Shown: one piece after another, positions 38,179 to 46,754 of the stretch
Position numbering within the stretch: position 1 is the stretch's first letter
How the letters are laid out: each line of letters starts with the position of its first letter
NCBI GenBank assembly: GCA_017559855.1
Contig: JAFYQP010000068.1
Span: forward strand, 5,636-69,635
From: Clostridia bacterium
GTDB taxonomy: Bacteria; Bacillota; Clostridia; Oscillospirales; JAAYXM01
Direction: 5' to 3'
Length of the DNA: 64,000 bases
Made by a program: the position numbers and the translations under genes
The notes under the pieces: model-generated
Database searches by the model: none
What the model was told of the DNA's origin: nothing
Seen by the model: the letters and a program-made list of their open reading frames with translations, nothing else

Positions 38179-38991
38179 TTATGCTATAAGTGTAATGAAG
38201 TTTAAAATGATAAGTGTTGCCGGAGCAGTGAAAAGTACGCTATCGAATCTATCGAGTATACCTCCGTGTCCCGGAAAAATAACGCCATAATCCTTAATAT
38301 TGTATTCCCGTTTTATGATAGATAATGATAAATCACCAATCTGAGCAATGGGAGAAAGTACAAGACCGGCTATGGCAAGTACCAAATAATTGGCATCGAG
38401 AAGAAAACACTTTTCCATAATGAAACCATAGATGATAAAAGATAAAACGCAAACAATAACACCACCGATTGCTCCTTCGACAGTCTTTTTAGGACTAATA
38501 GTAGGTGCTAATTTGTGTTTGCCTAAGAAATAACCGGTAAAATATGCTCCGGTATCAGTAATCCACGCCGCCATAAACGGGACAATAATAAGATAAATCC
38601 CATTACTACTACTCATTATGCCCAAAATCGAAGATAAAAAAAGCGGGATAACCGTTGAACCGAAAATTGTCGCTGTGACTTGTTTGAATTCGATGCTTTT
38701 CTGTTTGATCATCCATATCACAAACAACAAAAGTGCAAGCAAAAACACCGCAGGTAAAACAAATTTGCTATTATAGCCGAAATGTGCCCATAAAACGACC
38801 GCAAGTGCCATAATATATCCGACACAAACAAGTGCTTTTTCGGTCACTATCTTGCTACGCCATAGCAGTTCATACACGGAAACAAGTGCAATAAGTGCAA
38901 CGAAAACCGTAAGGTACACCGGCGGCAATAAGTAAACAACCACAAAGAAAAACGGCAATGCAATAAATGCCGATATAGTACGAATCGCCAT
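38179..38991 (-). CDS. cdsA: phosphatidate cytidylyltransferase
   Basis: C-terminal signature KDYGVIFPGHGGILDRFDS, polytopic. Confidence 0.9.
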   Translation of the reverse strand: MAIRTISAFIALPFFFVVVYLLPPVYLTVFVALIALVSVYELLWRSKIVTEKALVCVGYIMALAVVLWAHFGYNSKFVLPAVFLLALLLFVIWMIKQKSIEFKQVTATIFGSTVIPLFLSSILGIMSSSNGIYLIIVPFMAAWITDTGAYFTGYFLGKHKLAPTISPKKTVEGAIGGVIVCVLSFIIYGFIMEKCFLLDANYLVLAIAGLVLSPIAQIGDLSLSIIKREYNIKDYGVIFPGHGGILDRFDSVLFTAPATLIILNFITLIA

Positions 38992-38994
38992 ACA

Positions 38995-39741
38995 CTACAC
39001 CCCTCCAAATCTTCGGGATCGATTTTGATATGCAAGTATTGCACGGTCAAGTTCAATGGGTTTGAAATCGGGCCACAGCACATCGGTAAAATAATATTCA
39101 GAATAAGCCGACTGCCAAAGTAAAAAGTTTGATGTTCTTATTTCACCGCTAGGACGAATGATAAGTTCAGGATCGGGAACGTCTTTGGAGTAAATGGAAT
39201 CTGATATCATCTGCTCGGTTATCTCATCAACCGAAATTTCTCCGTTTTTAACCGCAGTTGCAATCTCTTTTGTTGCTCTAGCAATCTCATCACGGCCACC
39301 GTAATTCAAACATACATTTACATGTATACCCGTCATATCGCGGCTTTTTTCTTCAACCTCATTCATCATTTGCTGAAGTTTGGGCGAAAGGCGTGTTCTG
39401 TCACCCCAGAAAGTAAGTTTAATGTTGTCTTTACGAACTTTTTCAAAAGCCTCTAAAATGTATTCTTCAAGGAGGTTCATAATAGCATCAACTTCATCCT
39501 GAGGTCTTTTCCAATTTTCAGTAGAAAACGCATAAACGGTAAGATATTTAATTCCAATATCATTACAGTACGTTGCAATGGTGCGGAAAGTTTCACTTCC
39601 CACTTTATGACCTGCAGTTCTCGGAAGTCCTCTCTTCTTTGCCCATCTGCCGTTACCGTCCATAATGATTGCTATATGACTAGGAAGGTTTGACATATCA
39701 ACCTTTTCCAAAGTTACTTTTTTCTTTTTAAACCAACTCAT
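38995..39741 (-). CDS. uppS: isoprenyl transferase (undecaprenyl diphosphate synthase)
   Basis: HIAIIMDGNGRWA and RTSNFLLWQ motifs. Confidence 0.9.
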   Translation of the reverse strand: MSWFKKKKVTLEKVDMSNLPSHIAIIMDGNGRWAKKRGLPRTAGHKVGSETFRTIATYCNDIGIKYLTVYAFSTENWKRPQDEVDAIMNLLEEYILEAFEKVRKDNIKLTFWGDRTRLSPKLQQMMNEVEEKSRDMTGIHVNVCLNYGGRDEIARATKEIATAVKNGEISVDEITEQMISDSIYSKDVPDPELIIRPSGEIRTSNFLLWQSAYSEYYFTDVLWPDFKPIELDRAILAYQNRSRRFGGV

Positions 39742-39815
39742 TACTTATATTCCCCTCATTGCAAAATGAACATAAGGGCAAAGGCTGCCCTTATGTTCTT
39801 TTTTAATATAACTTA

Positions 39816-40370
39816 TTATACTTCAAGAAGTTCCTTTTCTTTCTTTGCTACCATAGTATCGATATCCTTGCAATGTGCATCGGTAATTGTCTGAACTTCC
39901 TTTTCCATTCCCTTTAAGTCATCTTCAGTAATTTCGGATTTCTTTTTAAGATCTTTGAAGAAATCAATTGCGTCACGACGGATATTACGGATAGCAACCT
40001 TACCATCCTCACCGATTTTCTTAACCTGTTTGATAAGTTCATGACGGCGTTCCTCTGTAAGCTGCGGGAAAGTTAAACGAACAACCTTACCATCGTTCTG
40101 CGGGTTAATACCGAGATCAGATGTCTGGATAGCTTTCTCAATCGCTTTGAGAATTGAACCGTCCCACGGTTGAATTACGAGGGTTCTTGGCTCCGGTACG
40201 GAAACAGAACCTACCTGGTTAATCGGAGTTGCTGTTCCGTAATAGTCAACAACAATCTTTTCAAGTACTGCCGGATTTGCACGACCTGCACGTACAGCAC
40301 CTAAGTCATTTGCAACCACGTCGGTTGTCTTGGACATTTTTGCGTCAAATTCTTTAACTTGTGCATTCAT
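39816..40370 (-). CDS. frr: ribosome recycling factor
   Basis: 184 aa with RAGRANPAVLEKI and LTEERR motifs. Confidence 0.9.
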   Translation of the reverse strand: MNAQVKEFDAKMSKTTDVVANDLGAVRAGRANPAVLEKIVVDYYGTATPINQVGSVSVPEPRTLVIQPWDGSILKAIEKAIQTSDLGINPQNDGKVVRLTFPQLTEERRHELIKQVKKIGEDGKVAIRNIRRDAIDFFKDLKKKSEITEDDLKGMEKEVQTITDAHCKDIDTMVAKKEKELLEV

Positions 40371-40376
40371 AATATA

Positions 40377-41096
40377 TTAATCCTCCTTAACGATTGTACC
40401 GATCTTCTCGCCCATAATGACACGGCGGATATTATCGCGGTCACGAAGAGCAAATACAATGATCGGAATATTATTATCCATAGAAAGAGATGTTGCAGTA
40501 CTGTCCATAACGGCAAGGTGACGTGCAAGTACCTCATTATATGTAAGAGTGTCAAACTTTTTAGCATCCGGATTCTTCTTGGGATCAGAGTCATAAACAC
40601 CGTCAACGTTTGTTGCCTTCATAATGACTTCTGCATCAATCTCTGCAGCACGTAAAACCGCTGCAGTATCGGTTGAGAAGAACGGATTGCCGGTACCGCA
40701 AGCAAAAATTACTACTCTGCCCTTCTCCAAATGACGAACAGCGCGATTTCTAACGTACGGCTCTGCAAATGCTCTCATTTCAATCGCAGTCTGAACACGG
40801 ACATTAACGCCCTTCTGTTCCAGCACGTCGGCAACTGCAAGAGAGTTAATTGTAGTTGCAAGCATACCCATATGGTCAGCACGAGTGCGGTCCATATGAT
40901 CTCCGCCGTCTTTTGCACCACGCCAGAAGTTGCCGCCACCAATTACAATACCGATTTCGACGCCCAATTCAACACATTCTTTAACTGCGTCACACACAGA
41001 ATCAATAACGGTAAAATCAAGGCCTGTTTTCTTCTCACCGGCAAGAGCCTCACCGCTGATTTTGAGTAAGATACGTTTATATAATGGCTTTTGCAT
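40377..41096 (-). CDS. pyrH: UMP kinase
   Basis: [10 protein letters not shown] and GGGNFWRG motifs. Confidence 0.9.
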   Translation of the reverse strand: MQKPLYKRILLKISGEALAGEKKTGLDFTVIDSVCDAVKECVELGVEIGIVIGGGNFWRGAKDGGDHMDRTRADHMGMLATTINSLAVADVLEQKGVNVRVQTAIEMRAFAEPYVRNRAVRHLEKGRVVIFACGTGNPFFSTDTAAVLRAAEIDAEVIMKATNVDGVYDSDPKKNPDAKKFDTLTYNEVLARHLAVMDSTATSLSMDNNIPIIVFALRDRDNIRRVIMGEKIGTIVKED

Positions 41097-41189
41097 AACT
41101 TTCCTCCATATATAAATTTTAAAATATTCTTTATATATTATAATAAATCTTTTTAGCCAAATTGTCCACCTATTTTTTTGATTTTTTTC

Positions 41190-41230
41190 ATAAAAAATAA
41201 AAAATAGGCATTTCGACGAAATGCCTATTT
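41190..41230 (-). terminator. intrinsic terminator after the UPF0016 gene
   Basis: A 14-bp inverted repeat aaataggcatttcg / cgaaatgcctattt, followed on the minus strand by TTTTTTATTTTTT. It overlaps the stop codon. Confidence 0.8.
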
Positions 41231-41882
41231 ATGTCATCATTCTTTTGCCACGAAGCAGAGCAAAACTGAAAAAAGCAAAAAGTATTGCTACTGTTATCGT
41301 TAGCACCGTGCCTTTCCCCGGCAAAAACACATAAAAACTCTCAAATAACGTTTTGAATCCGTAAAAACTAAAAATTAGATACGCGGTTATTTTCATAAAT
41401 TTTTCCGGAATCTGTTTGTGCAAAACTTTGGCTACTAGAATTCCGATAAAATCAGCCATCAGCATACCGAGAGTCGCACCCACAAATACACCCATTGCCA
41501 TATTGGGATTGCTTGCTGAAAACGCAATAGCCGAAAGTTGTGTCTTGTCGCCCAACTCTGCTATGAAAAATGATATGGCAATTCCCCATATCGACCGTCT
41601 TGCACGCCCGGTTTCAGCATTATTTTGCCCTATTGTAAGCATGGCAAAAATTAAAAAGAAAAAACCTGCAGCGACACGAATGTATTCCATCGGGAACAAG
41701 TTGGATAACACATTTCCCATAAATACGCCCATTGCGTTTAGTAATACGGTCGCAACTCCTACACCACAGATAACGTCACGGGTTTTGCTCCCGGCTGCAA
41801 GGCCAATGACAAAAAGTTGTGTTTTGTCGCCCATCTCCGCGATACACACGGAGAAAAAAACAGAAAAAATCGTCCCAATAAT
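41229..41882 (-). CDS. UPF0016 (GDT1/TMEM165/MneA-like) cation transporter
   Basis: Two E-x-GDKTQ repeats (AEMGDKTQL, AELGDKTQL). The track starts at GTG 41849, only 5 aa before repeat 1. An in-frame ATT at 41880-41882 with GAGGTG 7 nt upstream would restore a full TM1. Confidence 0.7.
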   Translation of the reverse strand: MIGTIFSVFFSVCIAEMGDKTQLFVIGLAAGSKTRDVICGVGVATVLLNAMGVFMGNVLSNLFPMEYIRVAAGFFFLIFAMLTIGQNNAETGRARRSIWGIAISFFIAELGDKTQLSAIAFSASNPNMAMGVFVGATLGMLMADFIGILVAKVLHKQIPEKFMKITAYLIFSFYGFKTLFESFYVFLPGKGTVLTITVAILFAFFSFALLRGKRMMT

Positions 41883-41894
41883 TTCACCGCACCT

Positions 41895-43415
41895 CTATTT
41901 CCCACACGGAATAAGAAGAACACTGCCCGCCGCTGCATTTTCAAAAGATTCAAGGCAATTTGCTGCCGCAATTTCCTCAACTGTAGTGTTGTACTTTTTG
42001 GCAATATTCCAAAGCGGTTGTTCTGTGTATATATGCTTAACAATGACCGTTGCTTCATCGGATTTATTCGTAAAACGCTCTCCACAACTCAACTTTTTTA
42101 AATTTCTTATCCTGTCTTCACCTATAACCTTGATATCATAGTCAACAAAAAATTGCACGGTAATCTGATTTTCCCGCCCTGTTGCATTTATCCCCGCAAC
42201 GCTTAAGTCGCAAATAATTTTCTGCCTATCCTCACTCATTAAATCACATAATACCCCGCATTTTCTGTGAACACTATATATCTGATCATTATCATCAGTA
42301 TATACAATTTGAATTTGGGCATTGTTTTGAAGTTTGTCTACATTTCTACGCATCGGCTCTAAAATAACCTTTGCATCAAGTATTCGTTTTACTGTGTTTG
42401 CGGTTTCAACTTTCTCATTAACGGTGACTCTTTTGTTTTCCTTACTACACAATCGCTGTATCGTCACGTCTTCAAACTGAGGACTCAAAGCATAAGAAGT
42501 ACTGTATAAATCCTCTACCGCAGGAATCTGTTTCTTTAAGTGCACCGTAAGAATGGTGTCAACCAAAATGTTGACAGAAATATATCTGGCATCGCCCGTC
42601 ATATCGTGTGCAGCGTTGATATCACATGCTCTGATGCTCATTTTTAATTCAAGATCACACTCTTCCTCAAACTCATCCACATCCATAATTTGTGAATACG
42701 GAAGATTTTGTGTCATAACATTTAACGTTCCGTCATTTGAAATATATGTACTTTTTATTGTTGCTATACCCTTAAAAATCGCCTTATTACCAATGATTTT
42801 CATATCCGTGCAGTCAAGTGCAACGGAACTTTCAAGCATAGTTTCAAAATCCGGAATGGTTTTCGGAATTTCCATGTCATCTATAATGGTAAAACTGCGT
42901 TCTCTAATCATACAAGGAAGATACATATCAACGGTACCCGTTTTCACTTTCACAGAATACTCGTTTTCATTTTCTATTTCTTGCGTAATTCCCATGTGTT
43001 TTATCGCATAACATTTTGCATCAATTGCAATTTGTGCCCTCAATGCAATTTTACGAGAGTTGATCTCTCTTGCCTCAAGTGTTATCAATTCAGAACTTAT
43101 AACACACGGCATATCTTTAGTTATTTCAGAGGATTCGAAACGATGGCTAAAAGGGATATTAACATCAAGTTTTCTAACGTTTTTCTCGCCTTCAGCAACA
43201 TAAAGGACACATCCCTCAACAACGCCGGACACAACTATATTACCGGCATTTGTTTCCTTGTTTTTTACGCAACATTTACCGTTTGACGTGATTATCCTCA
43301 TCATATCAGGGCTTGTGTCCGGAATAATGTGTTCACCACTTGCCTCATGAACGATACAAGACTCATATACACCTGAATAAAATTCAATTTTCTGCTTATT
43401 AAGTTCCATTTCCAT
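41895..43415 (-). CDS. DUF3794 plus C-terminal LysM protein (SipL/SpoVID-like spore coat morphogenetic protein)
   Basis: 506 aa. The N-terminal repeats have a DUF3794-like pattern (IIPDTSPDMMRII..VSGVVEGCVLY). The C-terminal LysM is LWNIAKKYNTTVEEIAAAN...GSVLLIP. Size and architecture match C. difficile SipL. Confidence 0.6.
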   Translation of the reverse strand: MEMELNKQKIEFYSGVYESCIVHEASGEHIIPDTSPDMMRIITSNGKCCVKNKETNAGNIVVSGVVEGCVLYVAEGEKNVRKLDVNIPFSHRFESSEITKDMPCVISSELITLEAREINSRKIALRAQIAIDAKCYAIKHMGITQEIENENEYSVKVKTGTVDMYLPCMIRERSFTIIDDMEIPKTIPDFETMLESSVALDCTDMKIIGNKAIFKGIATIKSTYISNDGTLNVMTQNLPYSQIMDVDEFEEECDLELKMSIRACDINAAHDMTGDARYISVNILVDTILTVHLKKQIPAVEDLYSTSYALSPQFEDVTIQRLCSKENKRVTVNEKVETANTVKRILDAKVILEPMRRNVDKLQNNAQIQIVYTDDNDQIYSVHRKCGVLCDLMSEDRQKIICDLSVAGINATGRENQITVQFFVDYDIKVIGEDRIRNLKKLSCGERFTNKSDEATVIVKHIYTEQPLWNIAKKYNTTVEEIAAANCLESFENAAAGSVLLIPCGK

Positions 43416-43480
43416 ACTTTTATGCTCCTTCCGCAGTTATTTTCTGTTAAATTATATGAGCAGGAAATGGAGTTTATTAC

Positions 43481-43518
43481 AAAAATAAAAAAGGACGAAG
43501 TTTTAAACTTCGTCCTTT
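43481..43518 (-). terminator. intrinsic terminator after tsf
   Basis: An 11-bp stem aaaggacgaag / cttcgtccttt, followed on the minus strand by TTTTATTTTT. Confidence 0.8.
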
Positions 43519-43534
43519 AAATATTAAAAGCAAC

Positions 43535-44446
43535 TTACTTAGCCATGCTTGCAACTTCTTCAGCGAAGTTGTCAACACGCTTTTCAATACCTTCACCCTT
43601 CTCGAAACGGGTAAATGCAACTACCTTGATGGAGCCGCCGAGTTCCTTAGCAACTGCGTCAACGTGCTTGGAAACAGAAACCTTATCATCCTTAACGAAT
43701 GCCTGCTCAAGTAAGCAGTTCTCAGAATAGAACTTGCCGATACGGCCCATAACCATCTTCTCAGCAATATTCTGGGGCTTACCCTCGTTCATTGCCTGTG
43801 CCATAAGGATTTCTTTTTCCTTCTCTAAAACAGAGGGATCAACGTCGTCCTTAGCAAGGTAAGAGGGATTCATAGCAGCGATCTGCATAGCAATATCGCG
43901 GCCGAGAGCAACAACTGCATCGTTACCCTTAATATCGTCGCTTACTTCCATATTAACGAGAACACCGATCTTACCGCCTGCATGAACGTAAGGAACGGTT
44001 ACATTTTCCTCATAGATAGCAAAACGACGAACCTTGATGTTCTCACCGATGGTAAGAATCTTCTCACGCTGCATCTCTTCAACGGTTAAATCGCTACCGG
44101 GATACTTGCAAGCAAAAAGTGCTTCAACATCAGCAGGCTTATTTGCTGCAACTGCACCTGCAACGTCCTCAACGAACTTCTGGAAATCAGCGTTCTTTGC
44201 AACGAAGTCAGTCTCACTGTTAACCTCAACAGCGATACCCATACCATCAATAACACCTGCATAAACTAAACCTTCAGCAGCGATACGGCCAGCCTTCTTC
44301 TCAGAAGCGGCAAGGCCCTTCTCACGAAGGAATTCAACTGCCTTGTCCATATCACCATCAGAAGCGGTAAGTGCCTTTTTACAATCCATCATACCAACGC
44401 CGGTCTTTTCACGAAGCGCTTGTACATCTTTTGCTGTAAATGCCAT
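43535..44446 (-). CDS. tsf: translation elongation factor Ts
   Basis: LREKTGVGMMDCKKAL UBA-like N-terminus, 303 aa. Confidence 0.95.
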   Translation of the reverse strand: MAFTAKDVQALREKTGVGMMDCKKALTASDGDMDKAVEFLREKGLAASEKKAGRIAAEGLVYAGVIDGMGIAVEVNSETDFVAKNADFQKFVEDVAGAVAANKPADVEALFACKYPGSDLTVEEMQREKILTIGENIKVRRFAIYEENVTVPYVHAGGKIGVLVNMEVSDDIKGNDAVVALGRDIAMQIAAMNPSYLAKDDVDPSVLEKEKEILMAQAMNEGKPQNIAEKMVMGRIGKFYSENCLLEQAFVKDDKVSVSKHVDAVAKELGGSIKVVAFTRFEKGEGIEKRVDNFAEEVASMAK

Positions 44447-44472
44447 TGTTATTTTCCTCCTAATATATAAAA

Positions 44473-45201
44473 TTATTCAGCTGCGTCCTCTGCTGCATCC
44501 TCAGCAGCAACCTGCTCGCCCTGACGAGCTTCGATAGCAGCATTAGCAATAGTCTCAGAAATGAGTTTGATTGCACGGATAGCATCATCATTACCCGGGA
44601 TTACGTAGTCTACTTCTTCCGGATCACAGTTTGTGTCAACGATAGCGATTATCGGAATACCGAGTTTGCGTGCTTCTGCAATAGCGTTGCGTTCCTTGCG
44701 GGGGTCAACGATAAAGAGTGCACCCGGAAGTTTGTCCATTTCTTTAACACCGCCGAGATACTTCTCAAGCTTTGCAATTTCTGCCTGAAGTTTAATAACT
44801 TCTTTCTTGAGGAGAAGATCGAAAGTGCCGTCTGCTTCCATACGCTTTAACTGATTAAGACGGTCGATACGACGACGCATAGTCTTAAAGTTGGTAAGCA
44901 TACCGCCGAGCCAACGAGCGTTTACATAGTACATACCAACACGCTCTGCCTCTTCCTTGATAGCATCCTGTGCCTGCTTTTTGGTACCAACGAAAAGAAT
45001 GCTCTTACCTTCTGCAACGATATCACGTGCAAAGAAGTATGCTTCCTCGAGTTTCTTAACGGTCTTCTGTAAATCGATAATGTAGATACCGTTACGCTCG
45101 GTGAAGATGTACGGAGCCATCTTCGGGTTCCAACGACGTGTCTGGTGACCGAAGTGAACTCCGGCTTCCAGAAGCTGTTTCATAGAGATTACCTGTGACA
45201 T
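44473..45201 (-). CDS. rpsB: 30S ribosomal protein S2
   Basis: [19 protein letters not shown] motif and an acidic [11 protein letters not shown] tail. Confidence 0.95.
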   Translation of the reverse strand: MSQVISMKQLLEAGVHFGHQTRRWNPKMAPYIFTERNGIYIIDLQKTVKKLEEAYFFARDIVAEGKSILFVGTKKQAQDAIKEEAERVGMYYVNARWLGGMLTNFKTMRRRIDRLNQLKRMEADGTFDLLLKKEVIKLQAEIAKLEKYLGGVKEMDKLPGALFIVDPRKERNAIAEARKLGIPIIAIVDTNCDPEEVDYVIPGNDDAIRAIKLISETIANAAIEARQGEQVAAEDAAEDAAE

Positions 45202-45303
45202 AAAAATTTTCCTCCTTTTGTTTAAACCTCCATATTGCTTTAACTCCCGCGGCCACCTTGCGGCACCGACCGTGAAATGGCAATATGTGCGTTTTACCGA
45301 TTA

Positions 45304-45332
45304 ATGTTACCACAACTGTAAATAAAATGCAA
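45304..45332 (-). promoter_or_regulatory. candidate sigma-A promoter of rpsB-tsf
   Basis: On the minus strand: TTGCAT, 17-nt spacer, TAACAT with a TGG extended -10 context. This leaves a ~100-nt leader. Confidence 0.45.
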
Positions 45333-45340
45333 GTGTTTTT

Positions 45341-45619
45341 TTAAGAAAACCAAGTTTTTTTATCATTACAGTGACAATGACGCACCTTATAGTCCACCAA
45401 AATTATATCATCGCCTATTGTTTGTATCGATTCCCACGGAATAATATGCACCTGTCTCTGCCAGAATTTCCAACCGCAACTTCCGGGAACAATAATTGAT
45501 ATTACCCGCCCGCAAGACGAATCTATTTCAATATCGGTTACATATCCGAGACGTGCACCGTCACATAGATTTATTACTTCTTTACTGCTAAGATCGGTTA
45601 TTCGTGTTCCGTTCATCAA
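45341..45619 (-). CDS. YlmC/YmxH family sporulation protein (PRC-barrel)
   Basis: 92 aa: ITDLSSKEVINLCDGARLGYVTDIEID...IPWESIQTIGDDIILV. Confidence 0.75.
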   Translation of the reverse strand: MMNGTRITDLSSKEVINLCDGARLGYVTDIEIDSSCGRVISIIVPGSCGWKFWQRQVHIIPWESIQTIGDDIILVDYKVRHCHCNDKKTWFS

Positions 45620-45659
45620 ATCACCCGATATTATTTATGAAGCAATATCAAATATTATT

Positions 45660-46754
45660 CTAAAAAATCATACACAGAACAAAGAGAAACAATACATTGA
45701 AAAGAGTGAACACCGTAAAATACTTTAAAATATTTGCATTCTCACATTTTGCATATATTTTAAATGAAATAAGACTTGCAAGAGAGGCAATAATCGTCCC
45801 AAGACCACCTATATTAGTGTGTGTAAGCAAGATTTCCCCATTATTAGTGAAATTTGAAAGCATTACCGCCGCAGGGACATTGCTTATAACCTGACTCATG
45901 ATAAGCGTTGTTGCTTTTGCGTTGTTCGCCATTTGTCCTGCAATAAACTCTCGAATTATATCTATTCGAGCAATATTACCGGCAAAAATGAAAAAGAACA
46001 CAAAGGTTATCAAAAGCGAGTAGTCTACTTTTTTGAAAATTTCTCGCTCACAAACAACAAGTGCCACAAGGACTGTGCCAAGTAAAATGTAATCGTTTAC
46101 TATGTGAAAAACACAAAGAAGGCACAAAGCAAACAAACCAAGCCATAAGATGAGTTTTTTCCCCTGTTCTATCTCGGCAGTTTTTTCAAAGGCAACATTC
46201 ACCTTCTCGTTTTTTATACAAATCGTGCAGATGATAATTAGGAAAAGAGATACCAAGGAAATCGGAAGGACATTTCCGCAAAAATCCAATATCGACATTC
46301 CAAATTTGCTATACAGATACAGATTCTGTGGATTTCCTACAGGAGTCGCCATACTGCCTAAATTTGCGGCTATAGTCTGCATAACTACGGTGAATATAAG
46401 ATATTTGTTCATGCCGATAAGATCAAGCACCAAAACCGCAAACGGAACGAAAGTAATGAGCGCTACATCATTTGTTATGAGCATTGATGTAAAGAAGCAC
46501 AACAGAACCAATATAGTTATGATAGTTTTTAATGATTTTTCACCCTTACAGAGAACGTGGGCAAATTTCTCAAGCAATCCGCATTTCTGTACCCCTGCAA
46601 CAACTGCCATAAGACAAAAAAGCAAGATTAAAACGTGCGTGTCAATATACTCTGTGTATCCCACATCCGGCGGAACAAAAAACACACTTACGAGTGCCGC
46701 AACAAATGCGATACAAAGCACAATCTCCCGCTTCACAAAAGAAACTATTTTCAT
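45660..46754 (-). CDS. ArsB/NhaD (SLC13-like) superfamily anion permease
   Basis: A 364-aa polytopic protein with the GSMATPVGNPQNL hairpin motif typical of this superfamily. Overlaps the pepF stop by 4 nt. Confidence 0.55.
   Translation of the reverse strand: MKIVSFVKREIVLCIAFVAALVSVFFVPPDVGYTEYIDTHVLILLFCLMAVVAGVQKCGLLEKFAHVLCKGEKSLKTIITILVLLCFFTSMLITNDVALITFVPFAVLVLDLIGMNKYLIFTVVMQTIAANLGSMATPVGNPQNLYLYSKFGMSILDFCGNVLPISLVSLFLIIICTICIKNEKVNVAFEKTAEIEQGKKLILWLGLFALCLLCVFHIVNDYILLGTVLVALVVCEREIFKKVDYSLLITFVFFFIFAGNIARIDIIREFIAGQMANNAKATTLIMSQVISNVPAAVMLSNFTNNGEILLTHTNIGGLGTIIASLASLISFKIYAKCENANILKYFTVFTLFNVLFLFVLCMIF

Noticed and set aside
41162-41170. DnaA-box-like TTGTCCACC upstream of pyrH.
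   Set aside because: It is one imperfect box (7 of 9) with no cluster and no nearby dnaA or dnaN, so it does not indicate an origin.
41416-42141. A 241-aa plus-strand ORF spanning the UPF0016 gene and the 3' end of the SipL-like gene.
   Set aside because: It is entirely antisense to two well-supported minus-strand genes. Its composition is low-complexity and hydrophobic or Ser/Pro/Ile-rich, as expected from the complementary frame of a coding region. It has no RBS and no recognisable motif.
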